From contig CAVVIT010000010.1 in the NCBI GenBank assembly GCA_963748405.1, positions 819 to 64,818 of the forward strand: a DNA stretch of 64,000 bases, given 5' to 3'. Positions 38,287 to 47,146 of the stretch are shown piece after piece (the first letter of the stretch is position 1; each line of letters opens with the position of its first letter). The notes beneath the pieces are model-generated. The model was not told the origin of the DNA and did not search any database. It worked only from the letters and a program-made list of their open reading frames with translations. The stretch is from Ignavibacteriota bacterium (lineage in GTDB: Bacteria > Bacteroidota > Ignavibacteria > UBA10030 > UBA6906). The position numbers and the translations under genes are program-made.

Positions 38287-38763
38287 ATGGGTGCGGCCAT
38301 ATCCACGCTCGCTGCGATTCTCTTCTGGGGATTTCTCGGGGGAGGCTCCGGTCTCGGCATACTGTCATCGATGAACGTCCGGTTCATCGTCGTTGATCCC
38401 CTGGGAAGGCGGACGGGAGTTGATCCGGATGCCCGCGCGGAGTACGCGGAAATCCCCTCGTCCACGTACGGGGAGAAATTTGCCGGCCCGGGGGAAGGGA
38501 GGGAGGGGGACAGCGCGCGCAGCCTTGTGGCGGCGTTCGCCACTCCTGACCGTCTTATCGACGGCCCCTACACGGTCCGCGTATACGGGGACCGTTCAGG
38601 TTCCTTCTGGCTTAGCCTGAGCGTATACCGCGAGCCCGTCTCTGAGGATTTCACGATCAGGGGCTTCATCCGTCCCGGGACCATGAAGGTCTACCGCCTC
38701 AACTACGCGCACGATCAGTCGATCCCGATCACGATCGACACGCTGAGCTCGATCGGTCGCTGA
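38287..38763 (+). CDS. Hypothetical exported protein
   Basis: Hydrophobic N-terminus. VVDPLGRRTG and DGPYTVRVYG beta-rich body. Fits between co-oriented neighbours. Confidence 0.6.
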   Translation: MGAAISTLAAILFWGFLGGGSGLGILSSMNVRFIVVDPLGRRTGVDPDARAEYAEIPSSTYGEKFAGPGEGREGDSARSLVAAFATPDRLIDGPYTVRVYGDRSGSFWLSLSVYREPVSEDFTIRGFIRPGTMKVYRLNYAHDQSIPITIDTLSSIGR

Positions 38764-38816
38764 CGAGCGCCCGGGGGCCGCGTTCTTCTCTCACACTACT
38801 TTGCAGGACTCGCACC

Positions 38817-39914
38817 ATGAAGAAGAGCATCGTCTTTCTCATCCTGGCCTCTGTTCTCGTCATTTCCTGCAGGCGGGGACACCAGGGAACCGCCGGGGAA
38901 AACTCGCCGTTTCTCTTCAAAAAGTATGCTGACGGGCGGCCGAACGCGTCAAAGAGGATGCAGGCGCGCGATGCGGGGGTCGTCCTGAGGCACGGTGACG
39001 GGCCCGACAGCTGCGACGTGTACGGAGCCAGGGAGGCGATAGCGTTCGAGTACGACGGGGCGTATTACATGCACTACGACGGGGCCGGTCCGGTGGGATG
39101 GCTGGCGTGCATGGCGGTGAGCAATGACCTCACGCACTGGGACAAACGGGGCCCCGCTCTCCGCCTGGGGGCGCCGGACAAGCCCGATTCGAAAAGCGCC
39201 TCCGCCCCCTGGGTGTACAGGGACGGGGACACGTGGCATATGTTCTACATGGGAACACCGCATACGTCCCCGCCTCCGGAGAGGGTTCCTTCGTTTCCCT
39301 ATCTGACGCTGAAAGCGCGCTCGTCTTCCCCGCTCGGGCCGTGGGAGAAGCAATACGACGTCGTGCCGTTCACGCCGAAGGAGGGGACGTATTATACGAT
39401 CACCGCGAGTCCGGGATTTATCGTGAAGTCCGGGAGCGAGTTCCTCCAGTTCTTCAGCGCGTCGATATTCGACGAGCGCCACGACACGAAAAGGACGCTC
39501 GGCATCGCCCGGACGACGGACCTGAACGCGTCATGGACGCTGGACCCGAAGCCGATCGTCCCCCTCTCGGAGCAGGTCGAGAATTCCTCGCTCTACTTCG
39601 AGCCGAAGAACAGCACGTGGTTCCTCTTCACGAATCACATCGGCCTTGACGACAAAGGGGGCGAATACACGGACGCCGTCTGGGTCTACTGGTCGAAGGA
39701 TCTCAACGCGTGGGATGTGCAGAACAAGGCGATCGTTCTCGATCCGCAGAACTGCTCGTGGGCGAAGGGAACGATAGGGATGCCCTGCGTCATTCCCGTC
39801 GGCCCCCGGCTTGCCCTCCTCTACGACGGGAGGGAAGGGGAGAGCACGTCGCACATGGGACGCGATATCGGTCTTGCCTGGATTGATCTTCCACTGGAAA
39901 TTCCACAGGAGTGA
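38817..39914 (+). CDS. Lipoprotein, five-bladed beta-propeller glycosidase-like (GH43/GH117/GH130-type fold)
   Basis: LVIS-C lipobox. Blades YYMHYDG..SNDLTHW, WHMFYMG, GIARTTDL..W, WSKDLNAW and LLYDG. Confidence 0.7.
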   Translation: MKKSIVFLILASVLVISCRRGHQGTAGENSPFLFKKYADGRPNASKRMQARDAGVVLRHGDGPDSCDVYGAREAIAFEYDGAYYMHYDGAGPVGWLACMAVSNDLTHWDKRGPALRLGAPDKPDSKSASAPWVYRDGDTWHMFYMGTPHTSPPPERVPSFPYLTLKARSSSPLGPWEKQYDVVPFTPKEGTYYTITASPGFIVKSGSEFLQFFSASIFDERHDTKRTLGIARTTDLNASWTLDPKPIVPLSEQVENSSLYFEPKNSTWFLFTNHIGLDDKGGEYTDAVWVYWSKDLNAWDVQNKAIVLDPQNCSWAKGTIGMPCVIPVGPRLALLYDGREGESTSHMGRDIGLAWIDLPLEIPQE

Positions 39915-39963
39915 GGCGAATGAAAAAGTACCACCTGGTCGGATTTCTCCGGCGGCCGGATCA

Positions 39964-40632
39964 ATGTCTCTTCGCGTGAAACCGTCCGGGAGTGCCCGGC
40001 TTCAGCAGCCCCGTCTGCCGCAGGATCTCGTCCCGTCCGGCCTCGCAGCGCTTGAACCTGAAGCGGAATACACGTCGCTCCTCATCGCCGACTGTGACCT
40101 CTCCGGAAAGGCCGCGGCCGGCGTCGTGTTCGACCAGGTGGTCTTCCGCCATGCACTCCTTCCCCGGACGCGGCTGCCGAACATGAGGATGTCGGATGCC
40201 CGTCTCGAGGCCTCCGATCTTTCCGGGGCGGTGCTCCTGAAGGCCCGGTGGCACAGGGTCGAGTTCGTCGGCTGCAGGCTCACCGGGATGCAGCTTGCCC
40301 AGTGCAGCGGGGGAGACGTGCTCTTCAGGGATTGCGTCATGGAAAGTGCGCTCTTCACGTCGGGACAGTTCAGGTCAGTCCGGTTCGAGAAGTGCATCAT
40401 GCGGAAGATGGTCCTGGAGAAGATGGACCTTTCAGGGGCGGTCTTTCTCGGGTGCGAAATGAACGGGACCGACTTCGCGGGGAGCAAGCTCAAGGGCGTC
40501 GACTTCCGCGGCTCGGACCTCTTCGGCCTGCACGTGGAGGAACGGCAGCTCGAGGGTACGATCATCGATCAGTATCAGGCCGCCCAGGTTGCCGCCCTCA
40601 TGGGTATCATCGTGAAGGACTCGCTGGATTAG
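39964..40632 (+). CDS. Pentapeptide repeat protein
   Basis: Runs of A/C-D/R-L/F-S-G pentads (CDLSG, SDLSG, CRLTG, MDLSG, TDFAG, VDFRG, SDLFG). The start is uncertain. Confidence 0.85.
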   Translation: MSLRVKPSGSARLQQPRLPQDLVPSGLAALEPEAEYTSLLIADCDLSGKAAAGVVFDQVVFRHALLPRTRLPNMRMSDARLEASDLSGAVLLKARWHRVEFVGCRLTGMQLAQCSGGDVLFRDCVMESALFTSGQFRSVRFEKCIMRKMVLEKMDLSGAVFLGCEMNGTDFAGSKLKGVDFRGSDLFGLHVEERQLEGTIIDQYQAAQVAALMGIIVKDSLD

Positions 40633-41633
40633 CCCTTCCGCCGTTCGCTGTCAAGCGAAGCCATGGAGTGCGCGGGATACCGCTCACCCGCCGCTGCCCC
40701 GATCGGAACCGCTTTCTCGATCCGCGTGAGCTCATCCGGGCTCAGTCTCACCTTGAGCGCCCCTTCTGCTTCCTTGAGTCGTTCCCGCCGCGTTGTTCCG
40801 ATCAGTGGTACGATATCCGTCCCCCGGGAAAGCACCCAGGCGATCGCGATCTGTGCGACGGTAACGCCCTTCGCGTCGGCGATTGTCCGGAGTGCCTGGA
40901 CGAGCGCAAGGTTCGTATCGAGGTTCTCTCCTGTGAACCGGGGACTCGTCTTCCGGAAATCTCCCGCTGCAACGGGCCGGTCCTTCGACCAGGTGCCGCC
41001 GAGGAGCCCGCGGGAGAGTACCCCGTACGCCGTTATCCCGATGCCCAGCTCTCGGCACGCGGGAAGTATCTCCGGTTCGATCCCGCGCGAGAAGAGTGAA
41101 TACTCGATCTGGAGATCCGCGATCGGATGGACGCGCTGCGCCCGCCGCAGTGTGTCAACGCCGACCTCCGAGAGTCCGATGTACCGGACGTACCCCGCCT
41201 TGATCATCTCCGCGATGCCGCCGATCGTCTCCTCGATCGGGACCGTCGGGTCCAGTCGGCCCGGCCTGTAGATGTCAATGTAGTCGGTCTTGAGCCGGCG
41301 CAGCGTGTAGGCAAGAAAGTTCTTTGCCGAAGACGGCCGCCCGTCCATCCCGACCCAGTTTCCGGCGGGATCCCGCAGCGCTCCGAATTTTACGCTCAAA
41401 TGTACGTCCGCCCGCTTTCTTCCCTCGAGAGCCCTCCCGATCAGCATTTCGTTGTGACCCATCCCGTAGTAGTCGCCGGTATCCAGCAGGATGATGCCGG
41501 AATCCAGTGCGGCGTGAATCGTGGCGATGCTTTCTGTCTCGTCAGCGGGACCGTATGATCCCGACATCCCCATGCAGCCAAGGCCTATGTCGGATACCGT
41601 CGGGCCGTTTTTGCCGAGTTTTCTCATATTCAT
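40629..41633 (-). CDS. Aldo/keto reductase
   Basis: IGLGCMGMS, LDTGDYYG..HNE, SVKFG, IGLSE, QIEYSL and AQIAIAW. Confidence 0.93.
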   Translation of the reverse strand: MNMRKLGKNGPTVSDIGLGCMGMSGSYGPADETESIATIHAALDSGIILLDTGDYYGMGHNEMLIGRALEGRKRADVHLSVKFGALRDPAGNWVGMDGRPSSAKNFLAYTLRRLKTDYIDIYRPGRLDPTVPIEETIGGIAEMIKAGYVRYIGLSEVGVDTLRRAQRVHPIADLQIEYSLFSRGIEPEILPACRELGIGITAYGVLSRGLLGGTWSKDRPVAAGDFRKTSPRFTGENLDTNLALVQALRTIADAKGVTVAQIAIAWVLSRGTDIVPLIGTTRRERLKEAEGALKVRLSPDELTRIEKAVPIGAAAGERYPAHSMASLDSERRKG

Positions 41634-41695
41634 CTCCCTCGAGTTTGTATGTCCAATATACGAAGAGAAATCTCCTCTCGGAACCCTTGCTATTC

Positions 41696-42283
41696 ATGAA
41701 GAACGCCGTAACTTGAATGACAGTTCTTCGAAAGTCGGCGCTTTGATCTTTTCAGGGCGCCGGCACATACAGGAACGTCCAGGTTATAGATACGACGGGT
41801 ACGCGGATCACGTTCCTCGTATTCAAGAACGGGTTCCAGGATACGCTCCGTTCGAGCAAGGACTACGTTGATGGGATTGTCTATTCCCCGATATCGGGAG
41901 ACTCCAAATACCGGGACCAGTACTGGGAAAAGGTGCCTGATTGGGCGGTAGAGGGCCCCGGACAGCCCGAACACAAGGATGCCGTCGTTGTCAGAAGGAT
42001 GGGGAAGACGATGCCCCTCTTCCTGAACGCGACCCCGCTCTATGAAACGACGACTCGTCCTAATCTGGCCCTCGGTTTGCCTCTTGCGCTATTGTCGATT
42101 TCGAGCGCCGTGGGGGCATTTTCGGAGGCCGACAAATTGGCCGCGGATGCAAGGGGAACGATGACGATCACGGGGCTGGCAAGCTCCCTTCTTGCGGTCT
42201 ATTTCCTGGCGGTGTCGTTCCACGAGGAGCACTGGATCGTCTATTCGAACGGGATGGAAGTCAGGGTCGACTACACCTTCTGA
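41696..42283 (+). pseudogene. Probable pseudogene of a hypothetical membrane protein (two early in-frame TGA)
   Basis: One frame reads MKNAVT*MTVLRKSAL*SFQGAGTYRNVQ..., then stays open from 41747 to 42283 with two hydrophobic helices near the C-terminus. Confidence 0.4.
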
Positions 42284-42337
42284 CCGGCCTCCCTCTTTCA
42301 TTCTTGTTTAAATGTCTGTAGATGGATATCTTCATAT

Positions 42338-42547
42338 ATGCGCAAGCCTCCGATAGTCATCCTCGATTTGAAAGAAAGCCGGGAGAACGATCCGGGCAAT
42401 TCCTACTGGCGCGGCAGATCAGGGAAAGACAGGCTCAGCGCCGTCGAGGTGCTTCGTCGGCAATTCGGAAAACTTCCAAATGGAACAAGATATCGAAGCA
42501 GCGACAGAATGCGGAAGGTTCTTCAGATCGTTCAACAAAAACAATGA
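42338..42547 (+). CDS. Small hypothetical protein of the type found upstream of stand-alone nucleotidyltransferases
   Basis: YW..RS..DRL.AVE.LR...RM.KV pattern, 69 aa, after an AT-rich promoter-like tract. Family recalled from memory, not searched. Confidence 0.55.
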   Translation: MRKPPIVILDLKESRENDPGNSYWRGRSGKDRLSAVEVLRRQFGKLPNGTRYRSSDRMRKVLQIVQQKQ

Positions 42548-42620
42548 CTTCCTGTCGGAGCGTGAGAGTACGGGCCCCGGCTCCCGGGCGACAATTGCGT
42601 CTCTGACTCATATTCCGTAG
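42480..42620 (+). pseudogene. Possible truncated N-terminus of a nucleotidyltransferase partner
   Basis: Overlapping frame MEQDIEAATECGRFFRSFNKNN, then unrelated residues to TAG 42620. No GG.A..DxD motif follows. Confidence 0.3.
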
Positions 42621-42646
42621 ATTTATACTGGAAGTACGGTTCTTTG

Positions 42647-42686
42647 AAGGGTCTCTCGTCCTTGCGGATCGGAGACCCTTTTTTTT
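42647..42686 (+). terminator. Intrinsic terminator
   Basis: Stem AAGGGTCTC / GAGACCCTT running into a T8 tract. Confidence 0.75.
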
Positions 42687-42856
42687 GCTTTCTGGTGATA
42701 AAGAAAAGCCGGAGGCCGGCTGATCTTCGTCTGACTCCGGTTTCAGGAGGATATGCGATGATACGTTCGGAGCGTATACGGGTTCGCATGATTCTTGTCT
42801 TCATATGGACGATACTGTCCATGATTCCGGCGTAAACGCCGGCAAAGCGAGGAATT

Positions 42857-43915
42857 GTGGTATTCAACCCCTGGAAACGCCGCGGGATTTCCGCGGCGTT
42901 TGCTGCCGTATCGTTTCTTCTCTCTTCCTGCGGATCCAGGATGAACGATCCCCATCAAAAGGGGGGAGCGCCGGCGGAGCCGATGTCGGTGAGCGGCGTC
43001 GTTGTCAGAGCCGCCCCCCTGGAGAATATTGTCCGCTCCTCGGGAACCGTGATGGCATCGGAGTCCGTCGACCTCGTCGCGGAGTCCGCGGGACGCGTTG
43101 AGAAGATCGCATTCCGCGAGGGAGGGCACGTCCGGAAAGACGAACTCCTGGTGAAGATCAACGACGACGATCTTCAGGCGCAGTTCAGGAAGACGGTTCT
43201 CCAGATACAGCTCGCCTCCGACCAGGAGGAGCGCCAGCGGCAGCTGTTTGAGAAGAACGCCGTCAGCCGCGAGCAGTACGACATCGCCCTCAACCAGGTG
43301 AACACGCTCAAGGCGGACAGGGACAACCTGGCCTCGTCGATCCGCAAGAGGGAAATCCGCGCCCCGTTCGACGGCGTGGCCGGGCTCCGCTACGTGAGCG
43401 AGGGAGGGTATGTCACGCAGTCCACGCGCATCGCCTCGCTTCAGAAACTGAATCCCCTGAAAGTCGATTTTGCGATCCCGGAGAAATACGCCGGCCAGGT
43501 CGCCGTGGGCGACCGGGTCGAGTTCACCAGCGACGAATCCAACCTCCGTTTCTCCGGAACGCTCTACGCCATCGAGCCGAAGATCGACCCCCTGATGGGG
43601 ACGCTTCAGCTCCGCGCGATGTGCGACAACCGGGGCGGGAAGATATTTCCGGGGGCATTCGTCCGGATCGATCTCCGCCTCCGGACGATCGAGGACGCTC
43701 TCGTTGTCCCCACGCAGGCGGTCATTCCGGTGTTCAAGGGGCAGACCATCCTGCTGCGACGCGGGGGACTCGTCGTCTCCGTTCCGGTGAAGACCGGGAT
43801 TCGCACCCCCGCGGGGGTCCAGATCACCGACGGAATCTCCGCGGGCGACACGGTGATTACGACCGGCATACTCCAGCTCCGCGCGGGGATGCCCGTCCAG
43901 GTCACTGTCCAGTGA
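42857..43915 (+). CDS. RND efflux periplasmic adaptor (MFP) lipoprotein
   Basis: GAGG RBS, GTG start and LLSS-C lipobox. FREGGHVRK..LLVKI, IRAPFDG, DFAIPE and PGAF. Confidence 0.92.
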   Translation: MVFNPWKRRGISAAFAAVSFLLSSCGSRMNDPHQKGGAPAEPMSVSGVVVRAAPLENIVRSSGTVMASESVDLVAESAGRVEKIAFREGGHVRKDELLVKINDDDLQAQFRKTVLQIQLASDQEERQRQLFEKNAVSREQYDIALNQVNTLKADRDNLASSIRKREIRAPFDGVAGLRYVSEGGYVTQSTRIASLQKLNPLKVDFAIPEKYAGQVAVGDRVEFTSDESNLRFSGTLYAIEPKIDPLMGTLQLRAMCDNRGGKIFPGAFVRIDLRLRTIEDALVVPTQAVIPVFKGQTILLRRGGLVVSVPVKTGIRTPAGVQITDGISAGDTVITTGILQLRAGMPVQVTVQ

Positions 43916-43964
43916 ACTGTAACCCCTCCGTACCCCGACCCACTGCACGGAAACGCACCCCCGC

Positions 43965-46900
43965 ATGAGCCTTGCCTCGGTCAGCATCAAGCGCCCCGTG
44001 CTCGCGATCGTCATGTCGCTGGTGATCGTCCTGTTCGGCGTCATCAGCTTCAAGTTCCTCGGAGTCAGGGAATACCCGGCGATCGACCCTCCCATCATCA
44101 GCGTGCGGACGAATTACGCCGGCGCCAACGCCGAGGTGGTCGAGTCCCAGATCACGGAGCCGCTCGAGAAGGCCCTGAACGGCATCCCCGGGATCCGGAA
44201 CATCTCCTCGGCGAGCAGCCAGGGCTCAAGCAGCATTACCGTCGAATTCAACCTCGATGCCGACCTTGAGGCGGCGGCCAACGACGTCCGCGACAAGGTC
44301 GCGGGCGCGGTCCGCTCCCTCCCCCAGGATATCGACGCCCCGCCGGTGGTGACGAAGGCGGACGCCAACGCCGACGCCATCATCTCCCTTACCGTGCAGA
44401 GCGACACGAAGAACGCGATGGAGGTGAGCGACTACGCGGAGAACGTCGTCGCACAGAACCTCCAGACGATCCCCGGCGTGAGCGCCACGCAGATCCAGGG
44501 GCAGAAACGCTTCTCGATGCGGCTCTGGATGAACCCGGCGAAGCTCACCGCCTACCGGCTCACGCCGCTCGACGTCAGGGACGCGCTCGACAGGGAAAAC
44601 GTCGATCTTCCCTCGGGGAAGATCTCGGGGAACCAGACCGAGCTGATCGTGAACACGAAGGGGAGGATGCGCACGCCGGAAGAGTTCAACAGCATGATCA
44701 TCAAGGCAGAGGGAACGAGCGTCGTCCGGTTCAGCGACGTCGGGTTCGCGGCGCTGGGCCCCGAATACGAGGAGTCGATGCTCAAGCAGTCGGGCATCCC
44801 GATGATCGGTGTCTGGGTCGTTCCCCAGCCCGGGAGCAACTACGTCGACATCGCCGACGAGTTCTACCGCCGGTTCGAGCAGATCAAGAAGGACCTTCCT
44901 CCCGGCTACAGGATCGACGTTGCGGTGGACAACACCCGGTTTATCCGGCAGTCGGTGAAGGAAGTGGAGGAGACCATATTCATCGCGCTGCTCCTCGTCA
45001 TCCTGATCATCTACCTCTTCTTCCGGGAGTGGATCATCGCCTTCCGTCCGCTCATCGACATCCCCGTCTCCCTTGTCGGCGCGTTCTTCATCATGTACGT
45101 GATGGGGTTCTCGATCAACATCCTGACCCTCCTGGCGATCGTCCTGGCCACGGGGCTTGTGGTCGACGACGGGATCGTGGTCACGGAGAACATATTCAAG
45201 AAGGTGGAGCAGGGGCTCACCCCCGTCGAGGCGGCCTTCGCGGGCTCGAAGGAGATCTTCTTCGCCGTCATTTCCACGTCGATCACGCTTGCCGCGGTCT
45301 TCCTCCCGATCATATTCCTGCAGGGTTTCGTGGGCCGGCTCTTCCGCGAGTTCGGCGTGATCATCGCCGGTGCGGTCCTGATCTCGGCGTTCGTCTCCCT
45401 GTCCCTCACGCCGATGCTCAATGCCCGGTTGATCAGGAAGTCGAGCAAGCACAGCCGTTTCTATGAAGTGACGGAGCCGTATTTTGTGAAGATGAACGCT
45501 CTGTATGAGGGCCTCCTCGCCAGGTTCATGCGCCACCGGGTGTGGGCGGGGGTAATCATCACCGCGGCGCTCCTTCTCATCGGCCTGACGGGCCGCTCGC
45601 TCCAGTCCGAGCTTGCTCCGCTCGATGACCGGAGCTACCTCCGCCTGAACGTCACGGCCCCGGAGGGGGCGTCGTTCGAATACACCGACGCGTTCATGGA
45701 CCGGCTCTCCACCTTCGTCGGCGATTCTGTTCCGGAGAAACGCGTCTGCCTGAGCGTCTCCGGGGCTGGCTCGACGGTGAACGCCGGTGGAATACGGCTG
45801 CTCCTCGCGGAGCCCGGGGAGCGGCGCCGGTCCCAGCAGGAGGTGGCGGACTACCTCGTCGCCCGGACGCGGACGATGACCGAGGCACGCGTGTTCGTGA
45901 GCCAGGAGCAGACCATATCGGCGAGCGGGGGAGGGGCGCGCAGCGGCCTCCCGGTTCAGTACGTCCTCCAGAACCAGAGCTTCGAGAAGATCCGGGAGTC
46001 GCTTCCCCGGTTCATGGAACAGGTCAACAGGAGCCCCGTCTTCCAGACCCCCGACGTCAACCTGAAGTTCAACAAGCCGCAGATCGACCTCGCGATCGAC
46101 AGGGACCGGGCCAGGAGTCTCGGCGTTTCCGTCATCGACATCGCCCAGACGCTCCAGCTCGCGCTGAGCGGCGGGAGGTTCTCCTACTTCGAAATGAACG
46201 GGTTCCAGTACCAGGTGATCGGGCAGGTGAACCGGGAAGACAGGGACGAGCCCCTGGATCTCAAATCCCTCTCCGTCCGGAATTCGAGGGGCCAGCTTGT
46301 CCAGCTCGACAATCTCGTGTCGATGAAGGAGACGAGCGCCCCTCCCCAGCTCTATCACTTCAACCGGTTCAAGGCGGCCACGATTGCCGCGGGGCTTGCC
46401 CCCGGGCGCACCGTGGGGGACGGGATCGCGGAAATGGACCGGATCGCAAAGCAGGTCCTCGACGAGTCATTTGCCACGACGCTGGCCGGCGCCTCACGCG
46501 ACTACGCCGAGAGCTCGTCGAACATCGTGTTCGCCTTCCTCCTTGCGCTCGTCCTCATCTACCTGGTTCTTGCCGCCCAGTTCGAGAGCTTCCGCGATCC
46601 GTTCACGATCATGCTCACGGTCCCCCTCGCCCTGGCCGGTGCGCTTCTCTCCCTGTGGCTTCTGGGGAAGACGCTGAACATATTCAGCGAGATAGGGATC
46701 ATCATGTTGATCGGGCTCGTCACGAAAAACGGGATACTCATCGTCGAGTTCGCCAACCAGCAGAAGGAAAAGGGTGCGACCCTTTTCGAGGCGGTCCGGC
46801 ACGCGGCCGCGGCCCGGTTCCGTCCCATCCTGATGACGAGCCTGGCCACGATCCTGGGCGCCCTCCCGATTGCCCTGGCGCTCGGCGGGAGCGCCCGGAG

Positions 46901-47009
46901 CCGCGTCTCGATGGGTGTCGTCGTGATCGGCGGCCTCTTCTTCTCCCTCGTCCTGACCCTTTTCGTCATCCCCGCCATGTACACGTTCATCTCCAAATCC
47001 AAGGCGTAA
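43965..47009 (+). CDS. RND efflux permease (AcrB/AcrD/AcrF family)
   Basis: SIKRPV, GLVVDDGIVVTEN, GLVTKNGILIVEFA and RFRPILMTSLAT. 1014 aa. Confidence 0.95.
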   Translation: MSLASVSIKRPVLAIVMSLVIVLFGVISFKFLGVREYPAIDPPIISVRTNYAGANAEVVESQITEPLEKALNGIPGIRNISSASSQGSSSITVEFNLDADLEAAANDVRDKVAGAVRSLPQDIDAPPVVTKADANADAIISLTVQSDTKNAMEVSDYAENVVAQNLQTIPGVSATQIQGQKRFSMRLWMNPAKLTAYRLTPLDVRDALDRENVDLPSGKISGNQTELIVNTKGRMRTPEEFNSMIIKAEGTSVVRFSDVGFAALGPEYEESMLKQSGIPMIGVWVVPQPGSNYVDIADEFYRRFEQIKKDLPPGYRIDVAVDNTRFIRQSVKEVEETIFIALLLVILIIYLFFREWIIAFRPLIDIPVSLVGAFFIMYVMGFSINILTLLAIVLATGLVVDDGIVVTENIFKKVEQGLTPVEAAFAGSKEIFFAVISTSITLAAVFLPIIFLQGFVGRLFREFGVIIAGAVLISAFVSLSLTPMLNARLIRKSSKHSRFYEVTEPYFVKMNALYEGLLARFMRHRVWAGVIITAALLLIGLTGRSLQSELAPLDDRSYLRLNVTAPEGASFEYTDAFMDRLSTFVGDSVPEKRVCLSVSGAGSTVNAGGIRLLLAEPGERRRSQQEVADYLVARTRTMTEARVFVSQEQTISASGGGARSGLPVQYVLQNQSFEKIRESLPRFMEQVNRSPVFQTPDVNLKFNKPQIDLAIDRDRARSLGVSVIDIAQTLQLALSGGRFSYFEMNGFQYQVIGQVNREDRDEPLDLKSLSVRNSRGQLVQLDNLVSMKETSAPPQLYHFNRFKAATIAAGLAPGRTVGDGIAEMDRIAKQVLDESFATTLAGASRDYAESSSNIVFAFLLALVLIYLVLAAQFESFRDPFTIMLTVPLALAGALLSLWLLGKTLNIFSEIGIIMLIGLVTKNGILIVEFANQQKEKGATLFEAVRHAAAARFRPILMTSLATILGALPIALALGGSARSRVSMGVVVIGGLFFSLVLTLFVIPAMYTFISKSKA

Positions 47010-47015
47010 ACCCGT

Positions 47016-47088
47016 TGTCATTGCGAGGAGTAGCGCCGCAGGCGCCACGAAGCGCGCTCTTTGCGCCCCGCCGCAGGCGGGGCAACCT
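47016..47088 (+). repeat. TGTC-tagged palindromic repeat, copy 4 (longest, two GCA-loop hairpins)
   Basis: TGTCATTGCGAGGAGTA-GCGCC-GCA-GGCGC-CACGAAGCGCGCTCTTTGC-GCCCCGCC-GCA-GGCGGGGC-AACCT, 6 nt after stop 47009. Confidence 0.88.
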
Positions 47089-47146
47089 GACTTGCACTCA
47101 TCCCTTCTGATATCTATCTTTCATCCGCACACCGTTAACCATCCGA

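Noticed and set aside
39964-40632. Qnr/MfpA quinolone-resistance call for the pentapeptide protein
   Set aside because: Pentapeptide repeats alone do not identify Qnr. I saw no diagnostic loops or mobile context.
41696-41746. Genome-wide TGA recoding or selenocysteine
   Set aside because: TGA clearly terminates many genes here (ATGA overlaps at 6578, 15331, 57851). No redox motif or evident SECIS accompanies these codons.
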